Shown here piece after piece: positions 49,517-59,552 of a stretch of 64,000 bases of DNA. The position numbers were made by a program, and so were the translations under genes. A model generated the notes under the pieces. That model made no database searches. It saw only the letters and a list, made by a program, of their open reading frames with translations, and was not told where the DNA came from. Source of the DNA: an uncultured Desulfobacterales bacterium (GTDB lineage: Bacteria; Desulfobacterota; Desulfobacteria; Desulfobacterales; CAJINA01). Each line of letters starts with the position of its first letter. The stretch's first letter is position 1. Where the stretch lies: NCBI GenBank assembly GCA_964636125.1, contig CAZWPX010000004.1:7241-71240 (forward strand), written 5' to 3'.

Positions 49517-51454
49517 ATGGGTAAAATCATCGGAATCGATCTTGGCACCACCAACTCATGTGTCGCGGTTATGGAAGGCGGCGATGCCAATGTGATCACC
49601 AATCCTGAAGGCGGTCGGACAACCCCTTCCAGCGTGGCTATTTCCGAAAGTGATGAGAGATTGGTGGGGCAGATTGCCAAACGCCAGGCGATTACAAACC
49701 CCGAAAACACGGTGTTTGGTGTGAAGCGGCTGATAGGCAGGAAATATTCATCCGCAGAGGTGCAAAGTGACAAGAAGATACTGCCTTACAAGATAGAAGA
49801 AGCCTCCAATGGCGACACCCGGATTAATCTCAGGGGCAAGCAGTACAGCCCGGCCGAGATTTCCGCATTCATCCTTTCCAACATCAAGAAAACCGCAGAG
49901 GAATACCTGGGCGAGAAGATCACCGATGCTGTTGTGACGGTTCCGGCGTATTTTAATGACAGCCAGCGCCAGGCAACCAAAGACGCCGGCAAGATTGCCG
50001 GTCTCAACATCCTGCGAATTATCAATGAACCCACCGCAGCCTCTCTGGCCTATGGCCTGGACAAGAAAAGTGAAGAAAAGATTGCCGTGTTTGACCTGGG
50101 CGGCGGTACGTTTGACGTCAGCGTCCTCGAGATAGGCGAAGGTGTCTTTGAAGTAAAATCCACCAATGGCGACACCCATCTCGGTGGAGAGGATTTTGAC
50201 CTGCGCCTGATCGATTACCTGGCCGACGAGTTCCACAAAGACCAGGGGATAAATCTGCGCGGCGACAAGATGGCCCTGCAGCGTTTGAAAGAGGCGGCCG
50301 AGAAGGCCAAAATGGAACTTTCAACCTCCATGGAGTCCGAAGTCAACCTGCCTTTTATTACCGCGGATGCCAGTGGCCCCAAGCACCTGAATATCAAAAT
50401 TACGCGGGCGAAACTCGAATCCCTGATTGATGACCTGCTGGCCAAACTGGAAGGCCCCTGTCGAACCGCCATGCGTGATGCCGGTTTCAGTGCCGGAGAG
50501 ATTAATGAGGTGATTCTCGTGGGCGGCATGACCCGGATGCCTGCGGTTCAGAGTATGGTCAAAAGAATTTTTGGTAAAGAGCCCAACAAAACTGTCAATC
50601 CCGACGAAGTGGTAGCTCTGGGAGCGGCTATCCAGGGCGGTGTTCTGGGTGGAGATGTCAAAGATGTTCTGCTGCTTGATGTAACCCCCTTGTCTCTTGG
50701 GATTGAGACCCTGGGCGGGGTGATGACCCGGCTGATCGAAAAGAACACCACAATTCCCACCAAGAAGAGCCAAATCTTCTCAACTGCGGCTGACAGCCAG
50801 CCTGCTGTGTCCATTCATGTCCTCCAGGGGGAGCGTGAAATGGCTGGCGGCAACAAGACCCTGGGCCGTTTTGAACTGGTCGGCATACCGCCAGCGCCGC
50901 GTGGGGTTCCCCAGATCGAAGTCGCTTTTGATATCGATGCCAACGGGATCGTGAATGTGTCCGCCAAGGACCAGGCCACCGGCAAAGAACAATCCATCCA
51001 GATTACAGCGTCCTCCGGTTTGACCAAGGAGGAGATTGAGGCCGCCGAAAAAGAAGCTGAAATGCATGCGGACGAGGACCGTAAGAAAAAGGAACTCGTA
51101 GAAGCCCGCAACACGGCTGACAGCCTGATTTATTCCACTGAAAAATCGATCAAAGACCTCGGGGACAAGGTTGATGAAGAAACGAAAAGCAAGGTTGCCG
51201 CCGCCACCGAACCGCTCAGAAAAGCGATGGAAGGTGATGACGTTGAAGAAATTAAAAAACTCAGTGAAGAACTGACCCAGGCATCCCATAAACTTGCTGA
51301 AGCCATGTACCAGCAGGCTTCCGCAGAAGGCGCGCAGCCCGGTGCAGAAGGGGCCGGTCCCGGACCTGAAGGCCCTGGGCAGGCTGCTGCCGGTGCACCT
51401 GACGATGATGTTGTGGATGCTGATTTTGAAGAGGTCAAAGACGAAAAGAAGTAG
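49517..51454 (+). CDS. dnaK: chaperone DnaK
   Basis: [25 protein letters not shown], ends DADFEEV. Confidence 0.98.
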   Translation: MGKIIGIDLGTTNSCVAVMEGGDANVITNPEGGRTTPSSVAISESDERLVGQIAKRQAITNPENTVFGVKRLIGRKYSSAEVQSDKKILPYKIEEASNGDTRINLRGKQYSPAEISAFILSNIKKTAEEYLGEKITDAVVTVPAYFNDSQRQATKDAGKIAGLNILRIINEPTAASLAYGLDKKSEEKIAVFDLGGGTFDVSVLEIGEGVFEVKSTNGDTHLGGEDFDLRLIDYLADEFHKDQGINLRGDKMALQRLKEAAEKAKMELSTSMESEVNLPFITADASGPKHLNIKITRAKLESLIDDLLAKLEGPCRTAMRDAGFSAGEINEVILVGGMTRMPAVQSMVKRIFGKEPNKTVNPDEVVALGAAIQGGVLGGDVKDVLLLDVTPLSLGIETLGGVMTRLIEKNTTIPTKKSQIFSTAADSQPAVSIHVLQGEREMAGGNKTLGRFELVGIPPAPRGVPQIEVAFDIDANGIVNVSAKDQATGKEQSIQITASSGLTKEEIEAAEKEAEMHADEDRKKKELVEARNTADSLIYSTEKSIKDLGDKVDEETKSKVAAATEPLRKAMEGDDVEEIKKLSEELTQASHKLAEAMYQQASAEGAQPGAEGAGPGPEGPGQAAAGAPDDDVVDADFEEVKDEKK

Positions 51455-51482
51455 TGGACCGGCCTGTTCCGGATAAAAATTT

Positions 51483-51522
51483 AAAGCCCGTGGTCAGATC
51501 GCCGCGGGCTTTGTTTTTGGTT
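51483..51522 (+). terminator. intrinsic terminator after dnaK
   Basis: AAAGCCCGTGG...CCGCGGGCTTT followed by a T-rich tail. Confidence 0.75.
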
Positions 51523-51765
51523 TTCCGGGTCAGGAAAGGACTTACCCAGGCTTCGGATTACGCGCAAATTGTGTAGTTCCAATTTGCGGGGGCGGCAAAT
51601 TAGGATTTTGTTTCAAGGTTGGGAAAGGGGCACGGTGCCGTGACGGGAACCATCGTAAACACCATTGCAATTTAATCGTTGGTATTGGCGTGAATCTTTT
51701 GGAATTGAGGGAAATTAGCGTTGTGAATATGCTGCCGGCCATATTCCTCCCGCTCATCTATTTCA

Positions 51766-52365
51766 TCATCCGGCATTGGCTTTCAGCAATTTACTGACCG
51801 CCTGCCCACGCCATTTGCCCCTTCCTGAAGCCGTTGGAACCTTTTTGGCTTCCAGTTCCCGGGCTATCTTCTCAAATGAGGCCCCGCTGCTGCGCAGGGA
51901 TACGATGGTTTCCATCAGGTCTGTCTCCGAGCCGACCGGTGGGGGCGGGGCAGTTTCAAGCGTCTGCTCTAAATCTACGGGCTTCGGGTCTACGGGCTTC
52001 GGATCGGCAGGTTTCGGAGCGGCAGGTTCCGGGACTGGTGGCGCCTGGCTGTCCAATGGCTCTGTCGAGTTTGCCGGCTCGATTCCGGCGGTGGCTTCAA
52101 ATGCGGCCGCAATACGCTCCAGTGCGGCGGCTGCTTTGTCCTGGGCCTTAAGGCTTTTTTCGCTAATCTGGACCATCAGTTCGATATGTTTTTTGATATC
52201 CTGCAGCTGGTCACCAGTATGGACCTTTTTGTGGTAGTTGCCTTTGCGGTCCTTGTGGTGCTGGCGGTCGTGCTGATGACGATGCTGCGGATTGTCGTAG
52301 TTTTTGCGGGGGCGGTCAAACCGTTTCAGGTTGCCGGTTCGCAGGTTGTGCAGAAAATCACTCAT
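51766..52365 (-). CDS. hypothetical protein with C-terminal recombinase-type winged helix
   Basis: AAGGAG SD; basic/His-rich N-terminus, coiled coil, Pro-rich repeats, SFEKIARELEAKKVPTASGRGKW. Confidence 0.75.
   Translation of the reverse strand: MSDFLHNLRTGNLKRFDRPRKNYDNPQHRHQHDRQHHKDRKGNYHKKVHTGDQLQDIKKHIELMVQISEKSLKAQDKAAAALERIAAAFEATAGIEPANSTEPLDSQAPPVPEPAAPKPADPKPVDPKPVDLEQTLETAPPPPVGSETDLMETIVSLRSSGASFEKIARELEAKKVPTASGRGKWRGQAVSKLLKANAG
51974..52033. repeat. four imperfect 15-bp tandem repeats coding a Pro-rich linker
   Basis: TCTACGGGCTTCGGG / TCTACGGGCTTCGGA / TCGGCAGGTTTCGGA / GCGGCAGGTTCCGGG. Confidence 0.75.
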
Positions 52366-53036
52366 GTGGTTGCTCCTTTGACATAATATCTAAACGCTAT
52401 AAGTTTCAGGTCTATTCCTGTTTATCAGCACAATCCGGATGTTACCGCAGTCTGCTGGCAGGCCCTGCCCGACCCCCGATGAGGATGTTGGCCTCCAAAG
52501 ATGCCTGGCAGGGACAGCGTCCCTGGCGGGATCAAAATCAATTCCCGGAAACAGCTACTGTTTTTCTGCGGATAAGAATTTCGCCGACTTTAATCTGCGC
52601 CGATATCAGGAATTTACAGGCGCCCGGTTCTTTTACAGTCAGATTCACGTGTCATTGGGTGCGGTCAATAGAGAGAAATCTATCGGGCTGAATCGTCAAC
52701 TGAAGGCAAAAGACAGACTATAATATTGTTGAACAGCCAAATGTCAAGCCTATTATTTAAATATAAGCATGTTGGGATGAAAAGCACGTTATTAATATTT
52801 TGCGATATTTAAAAGGGTGTGTTAGGACCCTCGATTTCCGGGGCAGCATCTGGTAAGACTTTGGGCAGGGGGCCGGCTCCGGAAAAGGAGGCTCAACCGA
52901 ACAGGATGATGGGGACGGTTACTGAAACGATTGGCATCCCGGTGAGAGGCTGGTTGTCAGCCACAGGGTTACACCATGAGCTGTTTTCAGAAACAGGCCG
53001 GCCTGATTCTAAAAAACATGGAAAAGGATACCATTG

Positions 53037-53291
53037 ATGAAAGATGACAAAGGGTTATATTACTACCCGTTTCCACAGAACAAGCGGGTGCGCATGTATG
53101 TAAGCCAGGTGGCGGATGACATCTGTTTCAGGATGTGGAATACGGATCAGCCCAAGCTCTGGGATGAGCATGGGTGGGTCCCTTATGACGCCATTCGACA
53201 GGCCATGGGTATCTATTCCGGCAAAGGGTTTGACCCCGGTAAAGCCTATGACCTGGATGCGGCCCGGGCGCTTATTGCTGGAGATCGGTAA
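53037..53291 (+). CDS. small hypothetical protein
   Basis: AAGGA SD; globular aromatic-rich sequence (GLYYYPFPQNKRVRMYV, LWDEHGWVPY). Confidence 0.7.
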   Translation: MKDDKGLYYYPFPQNKRVRMYVSQVADDICFRMWNTDQPKLWDEHGWVPYDAIRQAMGIYSGKGFDPGKAYDLDAARALIAGDR

Positions 53292-53387
53292 GATCTGTCT
53301 TTAGCGGGATTCCCTGCCAGCGGGCCTCTTAAAGAGCAGCCCCCGTCGCGCCTTATGCCACCGGCGAGATTCCCCGGCACCCGGTTA

Positions 53388-53545
53388 GGGCTCGCGCAAA
53401 AACAACTTCACATTTTCAAAGCCCAACCATCTCAATCAGCGGCGTTGCAAAAATACGAAATATGCCCGATAGTTCTTAATTTTTGCGCCTTGCTGATTGA
53501 GTGCTTGAACCCTGAAAATTTGCGAACTTATTTTTGCGCGAACCC
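53388..53545. mobile_element. 158-bp ERIC-like MITE, divergent subfamily
   Basis: Terminal inverted repeats GGGCTCGCGCAAAAACAACTTC / GAACTTATTTTTGCGCGAACCC; TTA on both flanks; internal GGCGTTGC...GCCTTGCTG. Confidence 0.75.
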
Positions 53546-53728
53546 TTAGCTGGCCGTGAACAGTCCACCCGTGTGCCCCGGGGCCGAGCGGATGGTCACC
53601 AGCACCTGGTGCCACCAGGTCTGCAGGCCGCCATCGGCCCGGTCTACAAAAAACTTGGCCCGGGAGATAGCCATATCCCGGCCATAATCGGCCACAAGCT
53701 GCCTGGCTTTTTTTTCCACGGTTGTCAT
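53546..53728 (-). CDS. small hypothetical protein (60 aa)
   Basis: AAGGAG SD before ATG; MTTVEKKARQLVADYGRD...; its TAA stop is the MITE flank. Confidence 0.55.
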   Translation of the reverse strand: MTTVEKKARQLVADYGRDMAISRAKFFVDRADGGLQTWWHQVLVTIRSAPGHTGGLFTAS

Positions 53729-53899
53729 GGGCGACTCCTTTCTTGTTAAAAGATGGGTGTGCAAAAGAGATCCAGCCTTAAATTAAAAACAAGTTTAACA
53801 GACCTGTTTGACAGATACGGTCACAGCTGCCGGCCCGGTCGGAATTTCAGTTGTGATTCCGCGTATGATTCCGGCTCAGGGTTTTTTTGGGATATTTTC

Positions 53900-53929
53900 T
53901 TGACAAAAGGGACGTTTATGCAATAAAAT
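53900..53929 (+). promoter_or_regulatory. sigma70-like promoter
   Basis: TTGACA-N18-TAAAAT upstream of the IHF gene. Confidence 0.6.
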
Positions 53930-53977
53930 CAGCGATGTTGAAATTAACGGGCCTTTATCCAAAGGAGTGGATGAGCA

Positions 53978-54262
53978 ATGACACTTACAAAAGCACAGAT
54001 CATTGAGTCCTTTCAGAACAACCTTGGTTTCACCAAAAACCAGTCTTCCGATATTATTGAGTCGATTCTGTCAATTATGAAAGGCGCTCTGGCAGAGAGT
54101 GAGGATGTCCTCATCAGCGGTTTCGGCAAGTTTTGCGTGAATGTGAAAAAGGAACGGCGTGGACGAAATCCAGCGACCGGGGACGATATGATGCTGGCAC
54201 CCCGCAAGGTGGTTACTTTCAAGTGTTCGGGCAAACTCAGGGAAAAGCTGAACGGTTCGTAG
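53978..54262 (+). CDS. ihfA: integration host factor subunit alpha-like
   Basis: MTLTKA, VLISGFGKF, RRGRNPATG, RKVVTFK. Confidence 0.9.
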   Translation: MTLTKAQIIESFQNNLGFTKNQSSDIIESILSIMKGALAESEDVLISGFGKFCVNVKKERRGRNPATGDDMMLAPRKVVTFKCSGKLREKLNGS

Positions 54263-54342
54263 AACACCTGCAACCGGCGCAACAAAAAACCTGCAGCCGC
54301 AGGCGTGGACCGGGCACCGCCCGGGATCAGAATTGACAAGAT

Positions 54343-54371
54343 GGCCGCTGTGAAAGCACAGCGGCCTTTTT
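54343..54371 (+). terminator. intrinsic terminator
   Basis: GGCCGCTGTG-aaag-CACAGCGGCC-TTTTT. Confidence 0.8.
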
Positions 54372-54377
54372 ACACTT

Positions 54378-55109
54378 ATGGACCTAATTTACGAAACCAG
54401 GGGGAAAGCACAGGAGTATGCACCCCTGTCCGCCGAACTTTACCGAGGGTGTGTGCACCGCTGTAAGTACTGCTATGCCCCGGGCGCCAGGCAAGTTCAG
54501 GCAGATCGTTTTCACCAACACAGCCTGCCCCTTGAAGACGTGCTGCCCCGATTAAGTGCGGACCTGGATGAGTTGGAAAGCAGGCGTGATGATCGGCTGC
54601 TGCTCCTTAGTTTTGAATGCGACCCTTATCCGCCGGCACCCTATGACAGCAGCTTGACCAGGGCGGTCATCAAACGCCTGCTTTCCCGGAATCGCCGCTT
54701 TACCCTGTTGACCAAAGGCGGCCGCAGGGCCTGTCGGGATTTTGACCTGCTGGCAAGTTCAAAACAGGCTTCTTTCGGCAGCACCATCATCTTTACCCGG
54801 CAGCAGGATGCGGATATCTGGGAGCCGGGCGCGGCCCGGCTGTCCGACCGGATGGCGGCGGTCCAGGAGGCGCATGCCCGTGGCATTGCCACCTGGGTAA
54901 GTATCGAACCGGTCATCTCTCCCGCACAGGCCATCGCACTTGTGAGAGCGCAGCATGCCATTGTCGATCACTGGAAGGTCGGCAAGATCAACTATCAGCC
55001 GGAGATCGAAAACCGTGTGGACTGGCCCCGTTTTCGGGAGGAGATTACCGCAACTTTCAAGTCCCTGGGCGCCGATTTCTACCTGAAAAAGAGCCTGCGC
55101 CAGTGTTAG
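54378..55109 (+). CDS. radical SAM protein (SPL-like family)
   Basis: GCVHRCKYCY, CDPY, LLTKG, WEPGA, WVSIEPV. Confidence 0.8.
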   Translation: MDLIYETRGKAQEYAPLSAELYRGCVHRCKYCYAPGARQVQADRFHQHSLPLEDVLPRLSADLDELESRRDDRLLLLSFECDPYPPAPYDSSLTRAVIKRLLSRNRRFTLLTKGGRRACRDFDLLASSKQASFGSTIIFTRQQDADIWEPGAARLSDRMAAVQEAHARGIATWVSIEPVISPAQAIALVRAQHAIVDHWKVGKINYQPEIENRVDWPRFREEITATFKSLGADFYLKKSLRQC

Positions 55110-55265
55110 GGCCTCGGAAAAAAATAATTGCGCAAACTTGCGCCGGATTTTGGTTTGTCAGCAAGGCAGATCCGCCGGTGCATATCAGGATATGTACCGG
55201 TGGATGTAACGCAGCAGACGGGCCAAAAGACAAGCAAGATGTGTAATTATTTTTTTCCGCGGCCC
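55109..55265. mobile_element. 157-bp ERIC-like MITE, copy B (inverted relative to copy A)
   Basis: Reverse complement of 27198-27355 with few substitutions; TA on both flanks; first G completes the TAG stop of the radical SAM gene. Confidence 0.85.
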
Positions 55266-55538
55266 TAAGCCCCAAAGTGGTTGCAGGGGCGGGACTCATT
55301 TCAAACAGGCACTTGTTAATTATCGGTCAGGGCGGTATACTCTGTTTTAAATCAGAGAAAATTGACCACGCCGTGAAAATTTGCGGCCGGGCTAAAGTGA
55401 AGGTACTCTGCTGATTGTCAGGGAACTCGTTGCGCTCGCACCCTGACCTGCGGTGAATACGTCCAGTTTCCAGGCCACGAACGGTTTGGCATGCAGCCGG
55501 CACACACGGTCGTTCACTCAAACGAGCAGGACACGCCC

Positions 55539-56027
55539 ATGAATGCTGAAAAGCACATCATCACCATGCTGGTGGACAACGAGCCGGGTGTCACCGCCCG
55601 GGTCTCCGGGCTGTTTGCCAGCCGCGGATATAACATAGAAACGATCTGCGGGGCACCGACCGCGAACCCGGATATGTCGCGAATAACGATCACCACCAAA
55701 ACGAATCCTGAGAAATTTGAACAGATCCTGAAGCATGTCCGCCGTTTGATCAACGTCATCAAGGTGCGGGACATGACGGGCGAAGACGCGGTCAAACGGG
55801 AAAGTGCCCTGATCTGCGTGCAGGCGGTATCTGAAAACCGTTCAGAAATTTTCAGGATCGCAGAAACTTTTCGGGCCAAAATCGTGGATTCCGGTCGGAC
55901 ACATTACATTCTGGAGGTTTCCGGCCGCCAGGAGAAGGTGGATGCCCTGATTCGGACACTGGAGCCCCTGGGTATTAAGAAGGTAGCCCGCTCAGGCATC
56001 CTGGCCCTTTACCGTGAGCCCGAGTAA
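55539..56027 (+). CDS. ilvN: acetolactate synthase small (regulatory) subunit
   Basis: LVDNEPGVTARVSGLFASRGYNIE, SRITI, LINVIKV, VARSG. Confidence 0.85.
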   Translation: MNAEKHIITMLVDNEPGVTARVSGLFASRGYNIETICGAPTANPDMSRITITTKTNPEKFEQILKHVRRLINVIKVRDMTGEDAVKRESALICVQAVSENRSEIFRIAETFRAKIVDSGRTHYILEVSGRQEKVDALIRTLEPLGIKKVARSGILALYREPE

Positions 56028-56066
56028 ACTGATAAGTGTAAAGTGACCTAATCGGAGAAAAATTGT

Positions 56067-56732
56067 ATGCGACAACTGACTATCCGGCGGCAGCCGACAA
56101 CTGTTGGGATCCTTTTCATAATGGTAGCCGTTCTGGGCGGGTGTTCCAAAACCTACTATGATGCCATGGAAAAGGTCGGCATTCATAAGCGTGATATCCT
56201 GGTGGACCGGGTGGAGAGTGCCCGGGATGCCCAATCCGATGCGCAGCATCAGTTCAAATCGGCCCTGGAGCAGTTTGGCGCGGTGATCAAGATTGAGAAC
56301 AGCGACCTCAAGCAGGCCTATGAAAAGCTGAAAACAGAATATGAAGAGAGCCGGGATGCCGCCGAAACGGTTTCGGCCCGGATTGAGAAAGTGGAATCGG
56401 TTGCCGAGGCTCTTTTTAAAGAGTGGGCGGATGAACTGAAGCTCTACAAGAGTGCGGATTTGCGCAAATCCAGTCAGCGCAAGCTGCGCGAGACGCAGTC
56501 CCGATACCGCCAGATGCTTACCAGCATGCACCGGGCGGAAAAAAGCATGGAACCCGTTTTGCGATCCTTCCAGGACAATGTCCTGTTTCTCAAACACAAC
56601 CTTAATGCCCAGGCCATCGGCTCTTTACGGGCGGAGTTCTCAACGCTGCAGGGCGAGATTGACGGCCTGATCAAGAACATGAACGACGCGATTCAAACCT
56701 CTAATAAATTCATCGCCACGATCAAACCATAG
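56067..56732 (+). CDS. DUF2959-like coiled-coil lipoprotein
   Basis: Lipobox LGGC; YYDAMEKVGIHKRDILVDRV; LFLKHNLNAQAI. Confidence 0.75.
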   Translation: MRQLTIRRQPTTVGILFIMVAVLGGCSKTYYDAMEKVGIHKRDILVDRVESARDAQSDAQHQFKSALEQFGAVIKIENSDLKQAYEKLKTEYEESRDAAETVSARIEKVESVAEALFKEWADELKLYKSADLRKSSQRKLRETQSRYRQMLTSMHRAEKSMEPVLRSFQDNVLFLKHNLNAQAIGSLRAEFSTLQGEIDGLIKNMNDAIQTSNKFIATIKP

Positions 56733-56914
56733 CCGCCGGGGACCCCACCGGCAGTTACATATGGCTTGACTCGTCCTCGGATATTCCTTATGTTCCGCCT
56801 TTATGGCGTTTGCCCTAACAGTATATAAAACAACGGTAAACGAAGCGTCGGCCACGCCCGCACGGGAGGTATCCGCGGCAAGGTTTATACCCTGCAGCTG
56901 CCAGAGGAAATAAA

Positions 56915-58342
56915 ATGGAAGTCAATGAAATTGAGTTGTTGAGTGTGGGGGTGGACGTCGGCAGTTCGACCAGCCACCTGGTTTTTTCCAAATTGCTGCT
57001 GAAAAAGGATGAGCGTTCCACTACTCGCCGATTCCTGATCGAAGGGCGCGAGGTTATTTATGAAGGGCGCATCATCGATACTCCCCTGCTGGGCGATGAC
57101 ACTATTGATATCGATACCTTAACCGGTTTTCTAAAAGAGGAGTATGCCCGGGCGGGGATTGACCCGGATGACATCCAGACGGGGGCAGTCATTATAACCG
57201 GGGAGACCGCCCGTAAGCACAACGCGGAGCAGATTGTGAATGTGCTTTCCAATGATGCCGGAAAATTTGTGGCGGCCACCGCCGGGCCGAACTTTGAAAG
57301 CGTGATCGCGGCCCTGGGATCCGGCGCCGCCCGCAGATCCCAGGGGACTTCCCGGACTGTCCTGTCGTGCGATATCGGGGGCGGCACGTCCAACAGCGCC
57401 ATTTCCGTAAACGGTGAAATTGTATCGACAAGCTGTGTGGCGGTCGGTGGGCGGCTGCTGGCGGTCAAGCCGGACGGCAGGATCTGGCGGCTCGGTGAGC
57501 CCGCTAAAAAGGTGATGGGCACCCTTGGGATGCATTATAAAGCTGGGGACCAGATTCCCCCAGAGGCGGTTGATACCATTGCCAGCCGGTTGGCCGAGGT
57601 CCTTCTGGAAGTCATTACCCGGCCGGCTGGTTCCGACCTGGCCCGGATGTTAATGGTTACCGGGGACCTGGATTTTTCAAGAAAGATTGATGAGTACACG
57701 TTTTCAGGCGGAGTTGCCGAGTTGATTTACGGTGGAAATGGCCAGCACCACGACATCGGGCCATTGCTCGCCCGGAAGATCAACGGGTTGATTGCCGGGC
57801 TTCCATCACCGGTTGTGGAACCCGACAACAAGATCAGGGCCACGGTCATCGGCGCCGGCGCGCACACCCTGTCAATTTCGGGCTCTTCAGGGTTTATGGA
57901 TGACAGCCTGACCTTTCCCATAAAGAACATACCGGTTCTGCGAGTGGATGTTGAACAGTCAAAATTGAGTGCCAGCCATGTGGTCAGCGAAATAAATGCG
58001 GCCTTTGACAGGTTCGACCTGACCGAAGGGGATGACACCGTCGCCCTCTATTTCAAAGATCCCATGCGGAACTCTTACCCCAAGCTGGAACTGTTTGCCA
58101 AATCCATAGAGGCCGCCCTCTGTCGTTCCATTGAAAACAAAATTCCCATCATCCTGATTTTCGGAGGGGACATTGCGTGCAGCGTGGGCAATGTCATCCG
58201 GCGGGAAACCGATTTGAAGTCCAACCTGCTGACCCTGGATGAACTTGAACTTAGAGAAGGTGATTGGATAGATATCGGCAAACCCCTGGTGGCCGATCAG
58301 GTGTTTCCAGTCACGGTGAAATCCCTGGTTTTTCATCGTTGA
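56915..58342 (+). CDS. eutA: EutA-family reactivating ATPase
   Basis: SVGVDVGSSTSHLVFS, GAVIITGETA, FVAATAGP, DIGGGTSN, FSGGVA, IRATVIGAG, GDWIDIG, PVTVKSLVF. Confidence 0.85.
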   Translation: MEVNEIELLSVGVDVGSSTSHLVFSKLLLKKDERSTTRRFLIEGREVIYEGRIIDTPLLGDDTIDIDTLTGFLKEEYARAGIDPDDIQTGAVIITGETARKHNAEQIVNVLSNDAGKFVAATAGPNFESVIAALGSGAARRSQGTSRTVLSCDIGGGTSNSAISVNGEIVSTSCVAVGGRLLAVKPDGRIWRLGEPAKKVMGTLGMHYKAGDQIPPEAVDTIASRLAEVLLEVITRPAGSDLARMLMVTGDLDFSRKIDEYTFSGGVAELIYGGNGQHHDIGPLLARKINGLIAGLPSPVVEPDNKIRATVIGAGAHTLSISGSSGFMDDSLTFPIKNIPVLRVDVEQSKLSASHVVSEINAAFDRFDLTEGDDTVALYFKDPMRNSYPKLELFAKSIEAALCRSIENKIPIILIFGGDIACSVGNVIRRETDLKSNLLTLDELELREGDWIDIGKPLVADQVFPVTVKSLVFHR

Positions 58343-58539
58343 TCGCATATTGTTTACGCCTGTCATTCTGAGGAGCAGAGCGACGCAGAATCTCGTCCCG
58401 CCATATAGCTCACCGGTCCCAGCCATCTTATAGCGCACCTTTCCCCCCATTGGACATCATCCGCAGGGTTTGGTATGGTGAAGATCAACGGAACCCAGCC
58501 TGCTTTACTTCAGGGATGCTCAATACCGGAAAGGGCAGC

Positions 58540-59541
58540 ATGCCATACAGTCACCTTGCGACGGCAACCAACATCTTGTGGAAATTGCTGGAGGCCTACG
58601 GTCACTCCGCCGAAGATGTTTTCCAGGCGGCCGGGATTCCACGGGAGTTGTTGCAGCGGCCCGGGGCCCGGATACGCTACAAGGCCGTGAATCGGGCCTG
58701 GCAGATGGCCTCTGAACGCATCGACAATGAATGCTTTGGGCTGCAGGGCCCCAGGTTCTGGCACCCTTCCTACCTGTACGCCCTCGGTTACGCCTGGCTG
58801 GCCAGCCACTCGTTGCGGGAGTCCTTTCAACGCTTCATCCTTTACCTGGACATTCTCTCCGAGGGCAAAAGCATCCGCCTTCAGGAACGCCCGGGGCAGT
58901 TCAGGGTTTGTTTCGACCTGCAGGCGAACGGTCTGCGGGTATCCCCACAAATCGACTGCCTGCTGGCGGTTGTTTACCACATGTGCCGATTGAATTACGG
59001 TGAAGCGCTGGTGCCGCTCTCGGTCGATTTCCAGCACGCTCCACCGGCCTGTGAAGATGCGTATAGAGATTTTTTTAATACGCCGGTTGTTTTCGGGGCG
59101 GATCTGGACAGCATTACCTTTGCGCAGGATGTGATCGACCATCCCCTGCCGGGCACCAATCCCCATCTGGCCATGATACACGACAAGCTCAATGTGGACT
59201 ACCTTGCCCGGCTCAGGAAGGGCGATCTGGTGCACCGGGTCAAAGCCGGTATCATCGATGCTTTCCCATCGGGGACGGTGGCCCACGAGAAAGTTGCGCA
59301 AAGTCTGGGGATGAGTGTTCGCAGCCTGCAGCGCAGGCTCAGTGAATCGGGAACCACATTCCGGGATCTGCTGGATACCTCTCGGCGTGAAATGGCGCTG
59401 GGCTATATTCGGGACCCGGGCGTTGAACTGGCCGAGGTGGCTTTTCTGCTGGGTTTTTCCGATCAGAGTGCTTTTTCACGGGCTTTTAAGCGCTGGACCG
59501 GCAATACGCCCAACGAAGTTCGCAAATCAAAGGTGCAATAG
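58540..59541 (+). CDS. AraC-family transcriptional regulator (OruR/ArgR-like)
   Basis: ALGYAWLAS N-terminal domain; LGMSVRSLQRRL, VAFLLGFSDQSAFSRAFKRWTG. Confidence 0.9.
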   Translation: MPYSHLATATNILWKLLEAYGHSAEDVFQAAGIPRELLQRPGARIRYKAVNRAWQMASERIDNECFGLQGPRFWHPSYLYALGYAWLASHSLRESFQRFILYLDILSEGKSIRLQERPGQFRVCFDLQANGLRVSPQIDCLLAVVYHMCRLNYGEALVPLSVDFQHAPPACEDAYRDFFNTPVVFGADLDSITFAQDVIDHPLPGTNPHLAMIHDKLNVDYLARLRKGDLVHRVKAGIIDAFPSGTVAHEKVAQSLGMSVRSLQRRLSESGTTFRDLLDTSRREMALGYIRDPGVELAEVAFLLGFSDQSAFSRAFKRWTGNTPNEVRKSKVQ

Positions 59542-59552
59542 GAGGAATTATC

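Noticed and set aside
51545-51760. Possible ncRNA or REP remnant between dnaK and the next gene
   Set aside because: Only short hairpins; no recognisable family or second copy.
58361-58394. GTCATTCTGAG...AGAATCTC REP-like repeat
   Set aside because: Single half copy with no partner or associated nuclease in the window.
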